From positions 1-25,034 of the IMG/VR virus record IMGVR_UViG_3300032232_000699: DNA of 25,034 nucleotides. The stretch is one strand, 5' to 3'. The translations under genes were made by a program, and so were the position numbers. A model generated the notes under the pieces. That model was not told the origin of the DNA. It was given only the letters and a program-made list of their open reading frames with translations, and did no database searches. Positions 8,572-16,188 of the stretch are shown here, piece by piece. This DNA comes from a virus. Its lineage: Duplodnaviria; Caudoviricetes. The first letter of the stretch is position 1; each line of letters starts with the position of its first letter.

Positions 8572-8602
8572 CAAAACTATAAAATAAATTGAAACAAACA
8601 AA
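8572..8602 (-). promoter_or_regulatory. Leftward early promoter
   Basis: Minus strand TTTG (8599-8602), 19-nt spacer, TAGTTTTG (8572-8579); full consensus match. Confidence 0.7.
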
Positions 8603-8627
8603 TATTTTTTTATTTTATAAAATATTA

Positions 8628-8635
8628 TATCTTCG
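8628..8635 (+). promoter_or_regulatory. Rightward -7 box for the small regulator
   Basis: TATCTTCG, 14 nt before the ATG at 8650. Confidence 0.5.
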
Positions 8636-8649
8636 CAAAAATAAAAATT

Positions 8650-8790
8650 ATGGCACGACCAAAAAAACAAGACAAAGACAAAGTAAAGTTAGTAGCTGCA
8701 TATCTTACAGACAGCGAAAAAAAAGAAGTATTGAAGAAATTTAAAAGCTTAACAGTTGCAGTAAGGGAAAAGATATTAGTAACAAAATAA
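8650..8790 (+). CDS. Small basic DNA-binding protein, ribbon-helix-helix-like (46 aa)
   Basis: Hand translation MARPKKQDKDKVKLVAAYLTDSEKKEVLKKFKSLTVAVREKILVTK*; ARPKK arm, a short strand, then helices; sits at the divergence point. Confidence 0.65.
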   Translation: MARPKKQDKDKVKLVAAYLTDSEKKEVLKKFKSLTVAVREKILVTK

Positions 8791-8793
8791 ATC

Positions 8794-8849
8794 TACGCAA
8801 CTGATTGCGTAAAATATTTTACATAATATCAAACACACTCCTATCTTTG
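8794..8849 (+). promoter_or_regulatory. Operator-like palindromes and rightward promoter
   Basis: TACGCAA-CTGA-TTGCGTA (8794-8811), perfect palindrome GTAAAATATTTTAC (8809-8822), consensus -7 box TATCTTTG (8842-8849). Confidence 0.6.
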
Positions 8850-8868
8850 TGTAACAAAATCAAAAAAG

Positions 8869-8946
8869 ATGAAAATTAAAACACTAATCTATTTATTAAT
8901 CTTACTAGCTATCGCTGGTTACATTCAAGATGATATATGCAAGTAG
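8869..8946 (+). CDS. Small membrane peptide (25 aa)
   Basis: Hand translation MKIKTLIYLLILLAIAGYIQDDICK*; first ORF after the promoter; overlaps the next start. Confidence 0.55.
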   Translation: MKIKTLIYLLILLAIAGYIQDDICK

Positions 8947-9131
8947 ATAACAACCTTTATTCAAACGAACCTACTGCAATGTCTATTCAGTTAGAAATAG
9001 AACAAAGAAACTGGCAACCTAAGCCAGGACCTAAGCAACCGATTAAACGTGCTAAAACATCATTTAACCAAAATGTATGTAGCACTGTTTACGAAGTATA
9101 TCAACACAATTTATTAAACCCAAATACATAA
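8937..9131 (+). CDS. Hypothetical protein (64 aa)
   Basis: Tiled in the rightward operon. Confidence 0.65.
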   Translation: MQVDNNLYSNEPTAMSIQLEIEQRNWQPKPGPKQPIKRAKTSFNQNVCSTVYEVYQHNLLNPNT

Positions 9132-9136
9132 ACAAA

Positions 9137-9646
9137 ATGGAAGCACTTGTAAAAATTCAAACAGAGTTAAAAGTACCAAAAGGTAAATATAACGCATTCG
9201 GCAAATACAAATACAGAACTGCCGAGCAGATATTAGAGGCAGTAAAGCCACTATTATTAAAGCATAAAGCTATTTTAACTATTACAGATGAGATAGTATT
9301 TATTGGCAATAAGTTCTTTTTAAAATCAACCGCTGCGATAGGCGAAGTAAGTGTTAATGGCTTTGCTGAAATGTCCGAGCATAAAGGAATGTCAAGCGAA
9401 CAATCAACTGGAACGGCAAGCAGTTACGCTCGTAAGTACGCTTTAAACGGTTTATTCCTAATTGATGAGAGCGAAGCCGATGCAGATAGTATTGAACCAA
9501 AGAAACTGCCTATTGATGACATTAGATTTGAGAAAGCTATCGCTGCATTGAAAGCAGATAAAACAACTGTTGAAGCAATCGAAGCCTTTGAATTAACACC
9601 AACACAACAAGAACAATTACAATTAATCAAAAACTCTAAAATTTAA
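9137..9646 (+). CDS. erf: ERF-family single-strand annealing protein
   Basis: YNAFGKYKYRTAEQILEAVKPLL and QSTGTASSYARKYALNGLFLI signatures. Confidence 0.9.
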   Translation: MEALVKIQTELKVPKGKYNAFGKYKYRTAEQILEAVKPLLLKHKAILTITDEIVFIGNKFFLKSTAAIGEVSVNGFAEMSEHKGMSSEQSTGTASSYARKYALNGLFLIDESEADADSIEPKKLPIDDIRFEKAIAALKADKTTVEAIEAFELTPTQQEQLQLIKNSKI

Positions 9647-9651
9647 ACAAA

Positions 9652-9930
9652 ATGAAACTTTACACACACGAACAAATAACTATGGCTGCGATTAATGCAA
9701 GAACATCAAGCCTATCAATTGAAACAATTTTAAGCAAATTTCAACCTGTTGATGATGAAATGGAAATGGAAAGCCGACATAACTTTAAACTAATGGATAT
9801 TATTACTGCATTAGTAGCTGCTGAAGTGTCAAGGGTTGGCGGTTGTAATGATGTTCAATTAAAATATTGCTTCAAATTAGCGAACCAAATAATTAATATT
9901 ATTGACACTAAAACTTTGCCAAATGTTTAA
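9652..9930 (+). CDS. Hypothetical protein (92 aa)
   Basis: Tiled ORF with an A-rich start context. Confidence 0.7.
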   Translation: MKLYTHEQITMAAINARTSSLSIETILSKFQPVDDEMEMESRHNFKLMDIITALVAAEVSRVGGCNDVQLKYCFKLANQIINIIDTKTLPNV

Positions 9931-10093
9931 GAAAATTAAAGCCTATTTCTACAAAAGAAAAGTAACTAAATTAGCAGCTGCATTATTGCCAATATTGCTA
10001 CTTGATGAAATTTATGAAGATGGCGAAGCCGATCCAGTATCAGATTCAATATTCTTTGCAAAGCAATTAATAAAGGAGGTTGAAAATGGATAA
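9923..10093 (+). CDS. Hypothetical protein (likely start MFKKIK)
   Basis: ATG overlaps the end of the upstream gene; the ORF track extends it to 9902. Confidence 0.6.
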   Translation: MFKKIKAYFYKRKVTKLAAALLPILLLDEIYEDGEADPVSDSIFFAKQLIKEVENG

Positions 10094-10427
10094 CTTACAA
10101 TTAGCACAACAAACTGCACAATTAGCAAAACAAAATGAAGAGTTGCAATTTAGAACATTCTTACATACTCAGTATGAATTACAGGTGATGCAATGGCGAA
10201 ATCAAGTAAATGATTGCTTAGGAGGTTTAACTAAGAACCAGGCACTCAATCTAACTATGGCAGATTTTCAACCTATGCCAATAACTAAATTTGTTGCAGC
10301 ACATTTAGAAAGCAAAGAGATGTTAGCCATTTACAAGTCAATGGAGCATACTTTCCCAACTGCAAAAAAGTATGAGGATGAATTAAATTTTATTATTCAA
10401 AATTATAAACATTACAAATGCAAGTAG
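10080..10427 (+). CDS. Hypothetical protein (115 aa)
   Basis: Tiled ORF. Confidence 0.7.
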   Translation: MKMDNLQLAQQTAQLAKQNEELQFRTFLHTQYELQVMQWRNQVNDCLGGLTKNQALNLTMADFQPMPITKFVAAHLESKEMLAIYKSMEHTFPTAKKYEDELNFIIQNYKHYKCK

Positions 10428-10612
10428 ATCATTTTAAAAACGAGAGTTTAGATGCAAAAAATTACATCTGTTATCAACACAATTTTAATTCAACTGAAAA
10501 AATAAGTTTTTTTTATTGGAATAGACCTAATCTTATGAATCAAATAAACGAGTATTGTGTTGCAAAATTCACTTTAAAATTAAAGCAAAATGTCAATACA
10601 GAATCGAAGTAA
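10418..10612 (+). CDS. Hypothetical protein (64 aa)
   Basis: Tiled, overlapping ORF. Confidence 0.6.
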   Translation: MQVDHFKNESLDAKNYICYQHNFNSTEKISFFYWNRPNLMNQINEYCVAKFTLKLKQNVNTESK

Positions 10613-10823
10613 AGTAGTAGCTATCAATGGTTTTATTTCAGTTATGTATAATGGCGAAAAGTGCCGAACTGCTGCATATAGAAACTACTCAGAACGAAAG
10701 AAAATAATTGATAACTTTAAAACCTTGAAACTTCCAGTTAATAATTGGTATTATGTTATTGAACCTAATGTAGAAGATTTGAAACGTTCAACAGCTTGTA
10801 AAAATATAAACGATTTACTATGA
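10590..10823 (+). CDS. Hypothetical protein (77 aa)
   Basis: Tiled, overlapping ORF. Confidence 0.65.
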   Translation: MSIQNRSKVVAINGFISVMYNGEKCRTAAYRNYSERKKIIDNFKTLKLPVNNWYYVIEPNVEDLKRSTACKNINDLL

Positions 10824-10921
10824 TAAACATACTTAGAAATTTAGGCTACTTGCTATGCAATTGGATAGATGATAAAGTTGATGAGTTCAACGATTTTAAT
10901 TTTACAGAAAACGATTTTTAA
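10820..10921 (+). CDS. Small hypothetical protein (33 aa)
   Basis: Hand translation MINILRNLGYLLCNWIDDKVDEFNDFNFTENDF*; ATGA overlap with the upstream stop. Confidence 0.5.
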   Translation: MINILRNLGYLLCNWIDDKVDEFNDFNFTENDF

Positions 10922-10952
10922 TAACCAAACTCGGCGGAGTTACGCATAAATT

Positions 10953-11228
10953 ATGGCAACAAATATTAGTATTAAATTAGATGTAACAAAGATTAGTAAA
11001 GAAAAGTTGTACAAAGGTGACAAAGGCACTTATTTAGATGCAACTATTTTAATGAAAGATGAACCTGACCAGTATGGTAATATTGGTATGGTAGTTCAAA
11101 ACGTAAGCAAAGAAGATAGAGAAGCTGGTGTTAAAGGTGCAATCTTAGGTAATGTGAAATACATTGCAAAGCAACTGCAACAAGCGAAATCAGTTGAAGT
11201 TGATTTATCAAGTGACTTACCATTCTAA
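10953..11228 (+). CDS. ssb: Putative single-stranded DNA-binding protein
   Basis: Compact beta-rich body (KGTYLD..DQYGN..ILGN), acidic C-terminal DLPF tail, in the same operon as ERF. Confidence 0.7.
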   Translation: MATNISIKLDVTKISKEKLYKGDKGTYLDATILMKDEPDQYGNIGMVVQNVSKEDREAGVKGAILGNVKYIAKQLQQAKSVEVDLSSDLPF

Positions 11229-11279
11229 CCTAACGCAACCTATTGCTATGAAATGGATTCTGTCATTTTTTAAGTTTGC

Positions 11280-11379
11280 AACGAAAAAGGCTTGAAGCAG
11301 GTGGGGAAATCAAGGAACTAAAGCCGATGTATATTCCTCACGCCCCACTTGCTGCAAACCAAATGTTATAAGCCGTTTT
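11280..11379 (-). repeat. attC-like imperfect hairpin
   Basis: On the + strand: AAC (11280-11282)...GGCTTG-A-AGCAGGTGGGG / CCCCACTTGCT-G-CAAACC...GTT (11365-11367), with an inner AGGAA/TTCCT stem. Confidence 0.6.
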
Positions 11380-11428
11380 TATCGTGTCCTAAAAAAATAT
11401 TTTTAATTTATTTTTGAAATTTGATTTT

Positions 11429-11453
11429 TGTATTCAAAATACATATATCTTTA
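11429..11453 (+). promoter_or_regulatory. Cassette-internal operator and -7-like box
   Basis: Palindrome TGTATT-CAA-AATACA (11429-11443) next to TATCTTTA (11446-11453). Confidence 0.45.
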
Positions 11454-11472
11454 CATTCTAAACGAAAACAAG

Positions 11473-11835
11473 ATGAAACATATACCAGACCAATACACAG
11501 TAAACAACATAGAAAATCTTGAAATACAGTTAGTAAAGATTAGTGCTGAATTAGAGTATAATAAAGCGTGGTTGTATTTGGATAACTTAGCCCATACACA
11601 AGAAACAGTTTTGGTTGATTACCTTGCTAAACACTATGGAATTGAAACTAAAATGGCTTTTGATGTAGATGCTTTTCGCAATACAAATACTGGATATTCA
11701 AGTTGTATAAACATTGTAAAAAGAGCAATATCTACCTACAAATCAAATGCAGATACAAAGAAAAATCCTTCTTGGGCAAATCAAGCATTAAAATCTGCTG
11801 CTATTGTTGATAATTACGCAAAAAATAACTATTAA
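11473..11835 (+). CDS. Hypothetical protein (120 aa from MKHIPDQ)
   Basis: ATG at 11473 in an A-rich context after the promoter; the ORF track's TTG start at 11428 overlaps the promoter. Confidence 0.7.
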   Translation: MKHIPDQYTVNNIENLEIQLVKISAELEYNKAWLYLDNLAHTQETVLVDYLAKHYGIETKMAFDVDAFRNTNTGYSSCINIVKRAISTYKSNADTKKNPSWANQALKSAAIVDNYAKNNY

Positions 11836-11838
11836 AAA

Positions 11839-12063
11839 ATGAGTGTTACAAAACCAATAAAAATAGAAAATGGCGAATGGTGGTTTAAAGGTTGTTTTAT
11901 ACAAAAACAATCACACCCTAAACTTAAACCATACTATGTCTTTAAGGACACAGATAAACAAGAAACAGTTGACGCTTGTTTTACTTTTATCGAAGCTAAA
12001 AAGCTATGCGACTTGAATGAAGTAAAAAATTATAAGCAAGGATATAAAGTTTTTCTGCAATGA
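11839..12063 (+). CDS. Hypothetical protein (74 aa)
   Basis: Starts 3 nt after the upstream stop. Confidence 0.7.
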   Translation: MSVTKPIKIENGEWWFKGCFIQKQSHPKLKPYYVFKDTDKQETVDACFTFIEAKKLCDLNEVKNYKQGYKVFLQ

Positions 12064-12125
12064 AAACACTTTTATAAATAATTGATACAACAAATGAACC
12101 TAATATTTTAAACGATATTATAGAT

Positions 12126-12308
12126 ATGGCAAAACAAACTGCTGGTGGCAAAAGAAAAAATGCAGGTCGTAAAAAAGACGAACCTAAAAAAGCAATTGGC
12201 AAAAGAGTACCAATAAAGTATCATTCAAAACTTGTAGAATTAGTAGAAAAAGAGTTGCAAAGATTAATTGAAGAAGATAATCACAACTTTTATAGAGCAG
12301 GGTGTTAG
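12126..12308 (+). CDS. Small DNA-binding protein (GGxRxxAGRK arm plus RHH-like region)
   Basis: GGKRKNAGRKK followed by AIGKRVP and a helix. Confidence 0.65.
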   Translation: MAKQTAGGKRKNAGRKKDEPKKAIGKRVPIKYHSKLVELVEKELQRLIEEDNHNFYRAGC

Positions 12309-12365
12309 TCAAAATGGCTTATAACTCTCTAATATAAGCACTCAACATTAATCAATTAATTATCA

Positions 12366-12614
12366 ATGTCAAATAATACCATATACTACGATAACGTTAG
12401 CAACGTTGTATTTGATGCCAACGGCAAAGAATATCCAATAAAAGAATATAATAGGTGCAAGTGTATTAATGTTTTAAGCAAAGAAGAACTTGAAAAAGTA
12501 ATTAGTGATGCAATACAATTTGGTATTAGCAAACAATCTTCTTTTGAAATAGGGGGAGGTAAAAATATTAAGTTAATTGATTTAACTAATGAATTTTTAA
12601 ACTCAAAACTATAA
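12366..12614 (+). CDS. Hypothetical protein (82 aa)
   Basis: Last ORF of the rightward arm. Confidence 0.7.
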   Translation: MSNNTIYYDNVSNVVFDANGKEYPIKEYNRCKCINVLSKEELEKVISDAIQFGISKQSSFEIGGGKNIKLIDLTNEFLNSKL

Positions 12615-12647
12615 ACAAAACCCCGTCAAGTAGAAACAAGATGGGGT
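12613..12647. terminator. Terminator hairpin between convergent operons
   Basis: CCCCGTC-N12-GATGGGG (12621-12646) with an A-rich left flank, i.e. a T-tract on the minus strand. Confidence 0.6.
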
Positions 12648-12699
12648 AACTGCTTATGAAAAAAACACCCTGAACATTGCTAAGGTAGCAATAAGGTTA

Positions 12700-13158
12700 T
12701 TAACTGAAATATAGTTTTGCTTCGGCTTTTCTTCTGCGAACCAGTCCATTTAATACTTTCCCATCAGCACGATTCCACATCAAAAAAGCATCTTTAATAG
12801 CCGGGTCTTGCGGATTAGAATTAACACGTTTTAGCAAAGTAGAACCTTTTAAAGCTCCACTTCCACAATTGTAAGCAAATGATACCAACGCATCAAATTG
12901 GCGTTGATTAACGGCATCTGTTGTCATTGCATCAACTTCCTTTGCTTTCTGATTTAATTCAAATCGCATTAACTCAATAGCTTTCTTTTCATCAATAGGC
13001 AAGTCTTGTAATGTTACCTTTTTACCATTAGGATATAGAATAGTGCCATAACCTATTGTTGGTACATTTGCAGGACATAAATAAGGCTTACTAAAAAAAC
13101 CCTCAAATGACTTTACTAAGTCAATACAAGCATCTGAAATTTGTGTAATTTTTGTCAT
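12700..13158 (-). CDS. Endolysin, GH24 phage lysozyme
   Basis: FEG..YLCPANVPTIGYG (E-x8-C-x5-T triad), FDALVSFAYNCG, GLVRRRKAE. Confidence 0.95.
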   Translation of the reverse strand: MTKITQISDACIDLVKSFEGFFSKPYLCPANVPTIGYGTILYPNGKKVTLQDLPIDEKKAIELMRFELNQKAKEVDAMTTDAVNQRQFDALVSFAYNCGSGALKGSTLLKRVNSNPQDPAIKDAFLMWNRADGKVLNGLVRRRKAEAKLYFS

Positions 13159-13170
13159 AAATTATATTTA

Positions 13171-13416
13171 TTAATTTTCTATTTTTCTGTAATTATTATC
13201 CCAAATTAATTTAGCCATTTCTGCGGAGTGTCCTTCAACTTTTATTTCAAACCATTTTGGGTTTTGTATGTGTACAATTTCGTGAATTAGTGTTTGCAGA
13301 TGTTGTATTCCTTTTAATCTTTCGTCTATGTGTATTATACCTGTTTCTTTGTATGCAAGTCCTATGGCTTTGTGTTTGCCAAGTTTTTTGTGTACTATTT
13401 GATTTACAGATTTCAT
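13171..13416 (-). CDS. Small HExxH (zincin-like) protein
   Basis: IHIDERL...TLIHEIVH motif in 81 aa. Confidence 0.7.
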   Translation of the reverse strand: MKSVNQIVHKKLGKHKAIGLAYKETGIIHIDERLKGIQHLQTLIHEIVHIQNPKWFEIKVEGHSAEMAKLIWDNNYRKIEN

Positions 13417-13619
13417 CGTATGCCTAGAAAATCTTTAAGCCCATCTAAGTCTAAATTTTCTTTTTTTACACCCTCATTTACACCCTCATTTTCACCAATA
13501 ATTTTATGAAATATTATTTTGTCTTTTACTTTTTGTTTAGCTTCTTTTTTACTATCTGCTTCGATAATAGTTTTCATTTTTTTGCCAAATATTTCAAAGT
13601 AGATTATGTACGTTTTCAT
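13413..13619 (-). CDS. Hypothetical protein (68 aa)
   Basis: ATGA overlap with the downstream gene. Confidence 0.7.
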   Translation of the reverse strand: MKTYIIYFEIFGKKMKTIIEADSKKEAKQKVKDKIIFHKIIGENEGVNEGVKKENLDLDGLKDFLGIR

Positions 13620-13669
13620 AGTTATTATTTATATCATTGTCAAGTATTATGCAAATAATAGTTGACATA

Positions 13670-14674
13670 TTACATAACTTCGCCATTATAGATACGGTAA
13701 TTTCTAAACTTAAACTTCCCTTTCTCACTTACATCAATCATTGCAAAACCATGATTCCATTTATTCATCGGCAACCATTTAGGAGTTAAACCGCATAAAC
13801 AACCTACTGAATAAGTAGTCATAATCTTACCGAAAATATTAGGCTCTGTATGTTCGCTCGATGTATGGCAATCGCCCTTAACTGCTGAATGTTTAGCTTG
13901 TAGAAATAAACCCCTAGCAGCATTTACTGGATTGAATACACCTCGACCGAATTCGTGACCATGAATAAAAGGCAACCCATTCATTACAACTATTCTTTTA
14001 TCCCTTATTATGCTAATATTAGGGCATCTTTTCTTTACTATTGCTTCTAGTTCAAACTCTTCAACTCCCTTTAATTCGTGGGCTTTCTGATATAAAAAAC
14101 TGTCATACCTTTCTTCGTGGTTTCCGAACTTGTAATATATCTTAACACCTTTAAATATCTTTTGTAACTCAGCAATAAATTCCTGCAAAATATCAAGTTC
14201 CTCACTAAATCTTTTTTTGCGAGGGTCTTTCTGAAAGTAGCTAACTGAGTGAAAGTCCACTAAGTCGCCATTGATGAAAATAAAATCGGGCTTTTCTTTT
14301 TTCGCAAAGTCAATGGCAGCGGTTAATGCCGAAACTGAATGATAAGGCAAATGAACATCATTAATAATAAAACCTTTTTTATGACCTTTGATTTGGAATA
14401 ATTCAAAACTTTCCTCGTCCGATTTAGGTAATGAATAAGGGGTGGATGTTCTTGCTTCTTTTATAAAAAGTGATTTGTCTGCAACATACTTTCGGCTATG
14501 TTTACCGATTTTGCCCTCAATCATTCGTAATGTTGTTCTAGCGTGCTCAATGTTATTAAACGCTTCTGGGCATTCTTCATACATTATTCTCGCTAGTTTA
14601 GCCGTTGGCATTTCAGCCCCGTACTTTAGCCGAAATTCTTTAGCTATTGTTAGCTTGATTGGTGTTCTAGGCAT
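13670..14674 (-). CDS. Calcineurin-like metallophosphoesterase
   Basis: DVH, GDLVD, GNHE, HGHE and GDCH motifs. Confidence 0.9.
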   Translation of the reverse strand: MPRTPIKLTIAKEFRLKYGAEMPTAKLARIMYEECPEAFNNIEHARTTLRMIEGKIGKHSRKYVADKSLFIKEARTSTPYSLPKSDEESFELFQIKGHKKGFIINDVHLPYHSVSALTAAIDFAKKEKPDFIFINGDLVDFHSVSYFQKDPRKKRFSEELDILQEFIAELQKIFKGVKIYYKFGNHEERYDSFLYQKAHELKGVEEFELEAIVKKRCPNISIIRDKRIVVMNGLPFIHGHEFGRGVFNPVNAARGLFLQAKHSAVKGDCHTSSEHTEPNIFGKIMTTYSVGCLCGLTPKWLPMNKWNHGFAMIDVSEKGKFKFRNYRIYNGEVM

Positions 14675-14676
14675 AA

Positions 14677-15315
14677 TTAAATAGGTATATTGTAACTTCT
14701 AACAAAATTAAACGTTTTTATTCCAAAGTAACAAATAATTAAAGCCATTAATATAAAACATCTTATTCTCCATTTATCAGCTAATTTTAAATTCTTATTT
14801 AGCTTTTCAATATCTTTATTATTATCATGAATTACATTCTTTAATTGTAAGTTATAATAAGTCAATCTACTATTTTCAACACCCATATTATAAAGGCTTA
14901 ATGTATCTTTTTGCGTTACTGTTTTGGTGTGGTAATGGTCAATGTAAATGGTATCGAAAGGTAATTCATTATAGATGCTATCAATGTTAATATCCTTGCA
15001 TTTCTTTGCAAGTTCGGCTTTCAATTTATTCACCAGGTTATTATCTTGCACCCTAACTACTTTTGTTCTGATTGAATCCTTTACTACTGTTTTAATTTCA
15101 ATAGGGAAATTTACTGCACACACCCTACTTATTAGCTCTATTTTCTTTGCCTTGTAAGATGTATCAACATCACTATTAACTGCCTTATATGGCTTTAATG
15201 CTTTCTTTTCTGAATTGCAACTTTGCAACCCAATCATAAATATTAATAATGCAATTAATATAGCTAAGTAGATTAGTTGCTTATTCGGTGGTGACTTTGT
15301 AATGTGGTGTGACAT
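14677..15315 (-). CDS. Putative unimolecular spanin (lipoprotein with C-terminal TM helix)
   Basis: N-terminal hydrophobic stretch ending LQSC; coiled coil; C-terminal CFILMALIICYFGI; in the lysis region. Confidence 0.6.
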   Translation of the reverse strand: MSHHITKSPPNKQLIYLAILIALLIFMIGLQSCNSEKKALKPYKAVNSDVDTSYKAKKIELISRVCAVNFPIEIKTVVKDSIRTKVVRVQDNNLVNKLKAELAKKCKDINIDSIYNELPFDTIYIDHYHTKTVTQKDTLSLYNMGVENSRLTYYNLQLKNVIHDNNKDIEKLNKNLKLADKWRIRCFILMALIICYFGIKTFNFVRSYNIPI

Positions 15316-15316
15316 A

Positions 15317-15508
15317 TTAACTATTTTCTAATGTTTGAATTTTGATTTTTCTTAACAAGGCTTCCATTGCATTATCGTAAGTGCTGTAATGAAATATATC
15401 TTTTGATGCAAGATAAAAAAGAAAAGCAACCCAATATTTTTTCCCATACCATTTACGCTTTTGCACTTCAACTACAAAGCCTTTTTCATATTTGCTTATT
15501 CTAAACAT
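15317..15508 (-). CDS. Hypothetical protein (63 aa)
   Basis: Tiled with 1-2 nt gaps. Confidence 0.65.
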   Translation of the reverse strand: MFRISKYEKGFVVEVQKRKWYGKKYWVAFLFYLASKDIFHYSTYDNAMEALLRKIKIQTLENS

Positions 15509-15510
15509 AA

Positions 15511-15768
15511 TTAATCTTGTTTAGTTTCTTGTTTAGTTTCAGGTGTTCCTTTTACAAGTGCTACTATTTGCCCAACTGTGGCAACGCCTGACATAACGCT
15601 AATAAATATTAAAGCACTATTATACATTCCTGTAATTAGTTCCTTATATTTAACTGTTGCCCATATTAACACAAATGTTACTGCTACACTTAACAATACA
15701 CTTATAAACCTTTTATGGCTTATTTTGCCACCCTCACCGAGCATTGATGTAAAAAAATTATCTTTCAT
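15511..15768 (-). CDS. Putative holin (2 TM helices)
   Basis: Two hydrophobic helices, charged C-terminus, lysis context. Confidence 0.6.
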   Translation of the reverse strand: MKDNFFTSMLGEGGKISHKRFISVLLSVAVTFVLIWATVKYKELITGMYNSALIFISVMSGVATVGQIVALVKGTPETKQETKQD

Positions 15769-15770
15769 AA

Positions 15771-16184
15771 TTATATCGCTTTTAAAGTTTTATTTTTTTT
15801 GATTTTCTCAATCTGTTCGTTAGTATTAATTCCAATTTTATCAACAATTTCAACAATAGCCTTATCTGCAATATGCTCTTTACTTATCGCAACAACCATT
15901 CTGAAATCCTTAGCAATATTTTCTAATGTTGACTCAAGATGCTTTATTGTTTCAGTTTGCCTTGCAACTGTTTCAGTCAACATAACAACTTTATTGAGAA
16001 TGTTATTTATTTTCTCATCATATTCGATAGTAACTTCTTTTATCACTTTATCGGCAGCAGTTTTAACATTTGCTTCCAATTTCATTTGTGCAATTTTTTG
16101 CCTTTGAGTAGAATTAAAATAAGATTTAATCACTCCAATTAAGCCTACAAATGCTGCCCCTATTCCTGCATCTTGTATGTTCAT
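15771..16184 (-). CDS. Membrane-anchored coiled-coil protein, holin/antiholin-like
   Basis: N-terminal AGIGAAFVGLIGVI followed by a heptad-rich region. Confidence 0.5.
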   Translation of the reverse strand: MNIQDAGIGAAFVGLIGVIKSYFNSTQRQKIAQMKLEANVKTAADKVIKEVTIEYDEKINNILNKVVMLTETVARQTETIKHLESTLENIAKDFRMVVAISKEHIADKAIVEIVDKIGINTNEQIEKIKKNKTLKAI

Positions 16185-16188
16185 ATTA

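Larger units (their letters stand above)
11283..12325. mobile_element. Putative integron-like gene cassette (~1043 bp)
   Basis: GTTATAAGCCGTTTT (11365-11379) is a 14/15 inverted match to AAAATGGCTTATAAC (12311-12325); both junctions end in AAC. Confidence 0.55.

Noticed and set aside
10928-10941. AACTC-GGCG-GAGTT hairpin before ssb as an autoregulatory element
   Set aside because: A 5-bp stem is too short to distinguish from chance.
11365-12325. IS/MITE or invertible-segment interpretation of the inverted repeats
   Set aside because: No transposase, invertase or target-site duplication is visible, and the adjoining hairpin is better explained by cassette geometry; inversion is not formally excluded.
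13466-13490. 12-bp tandem duplication encoding NEGVNEGV
   Set aside because: Simple in-frame slippage with no sign of function.
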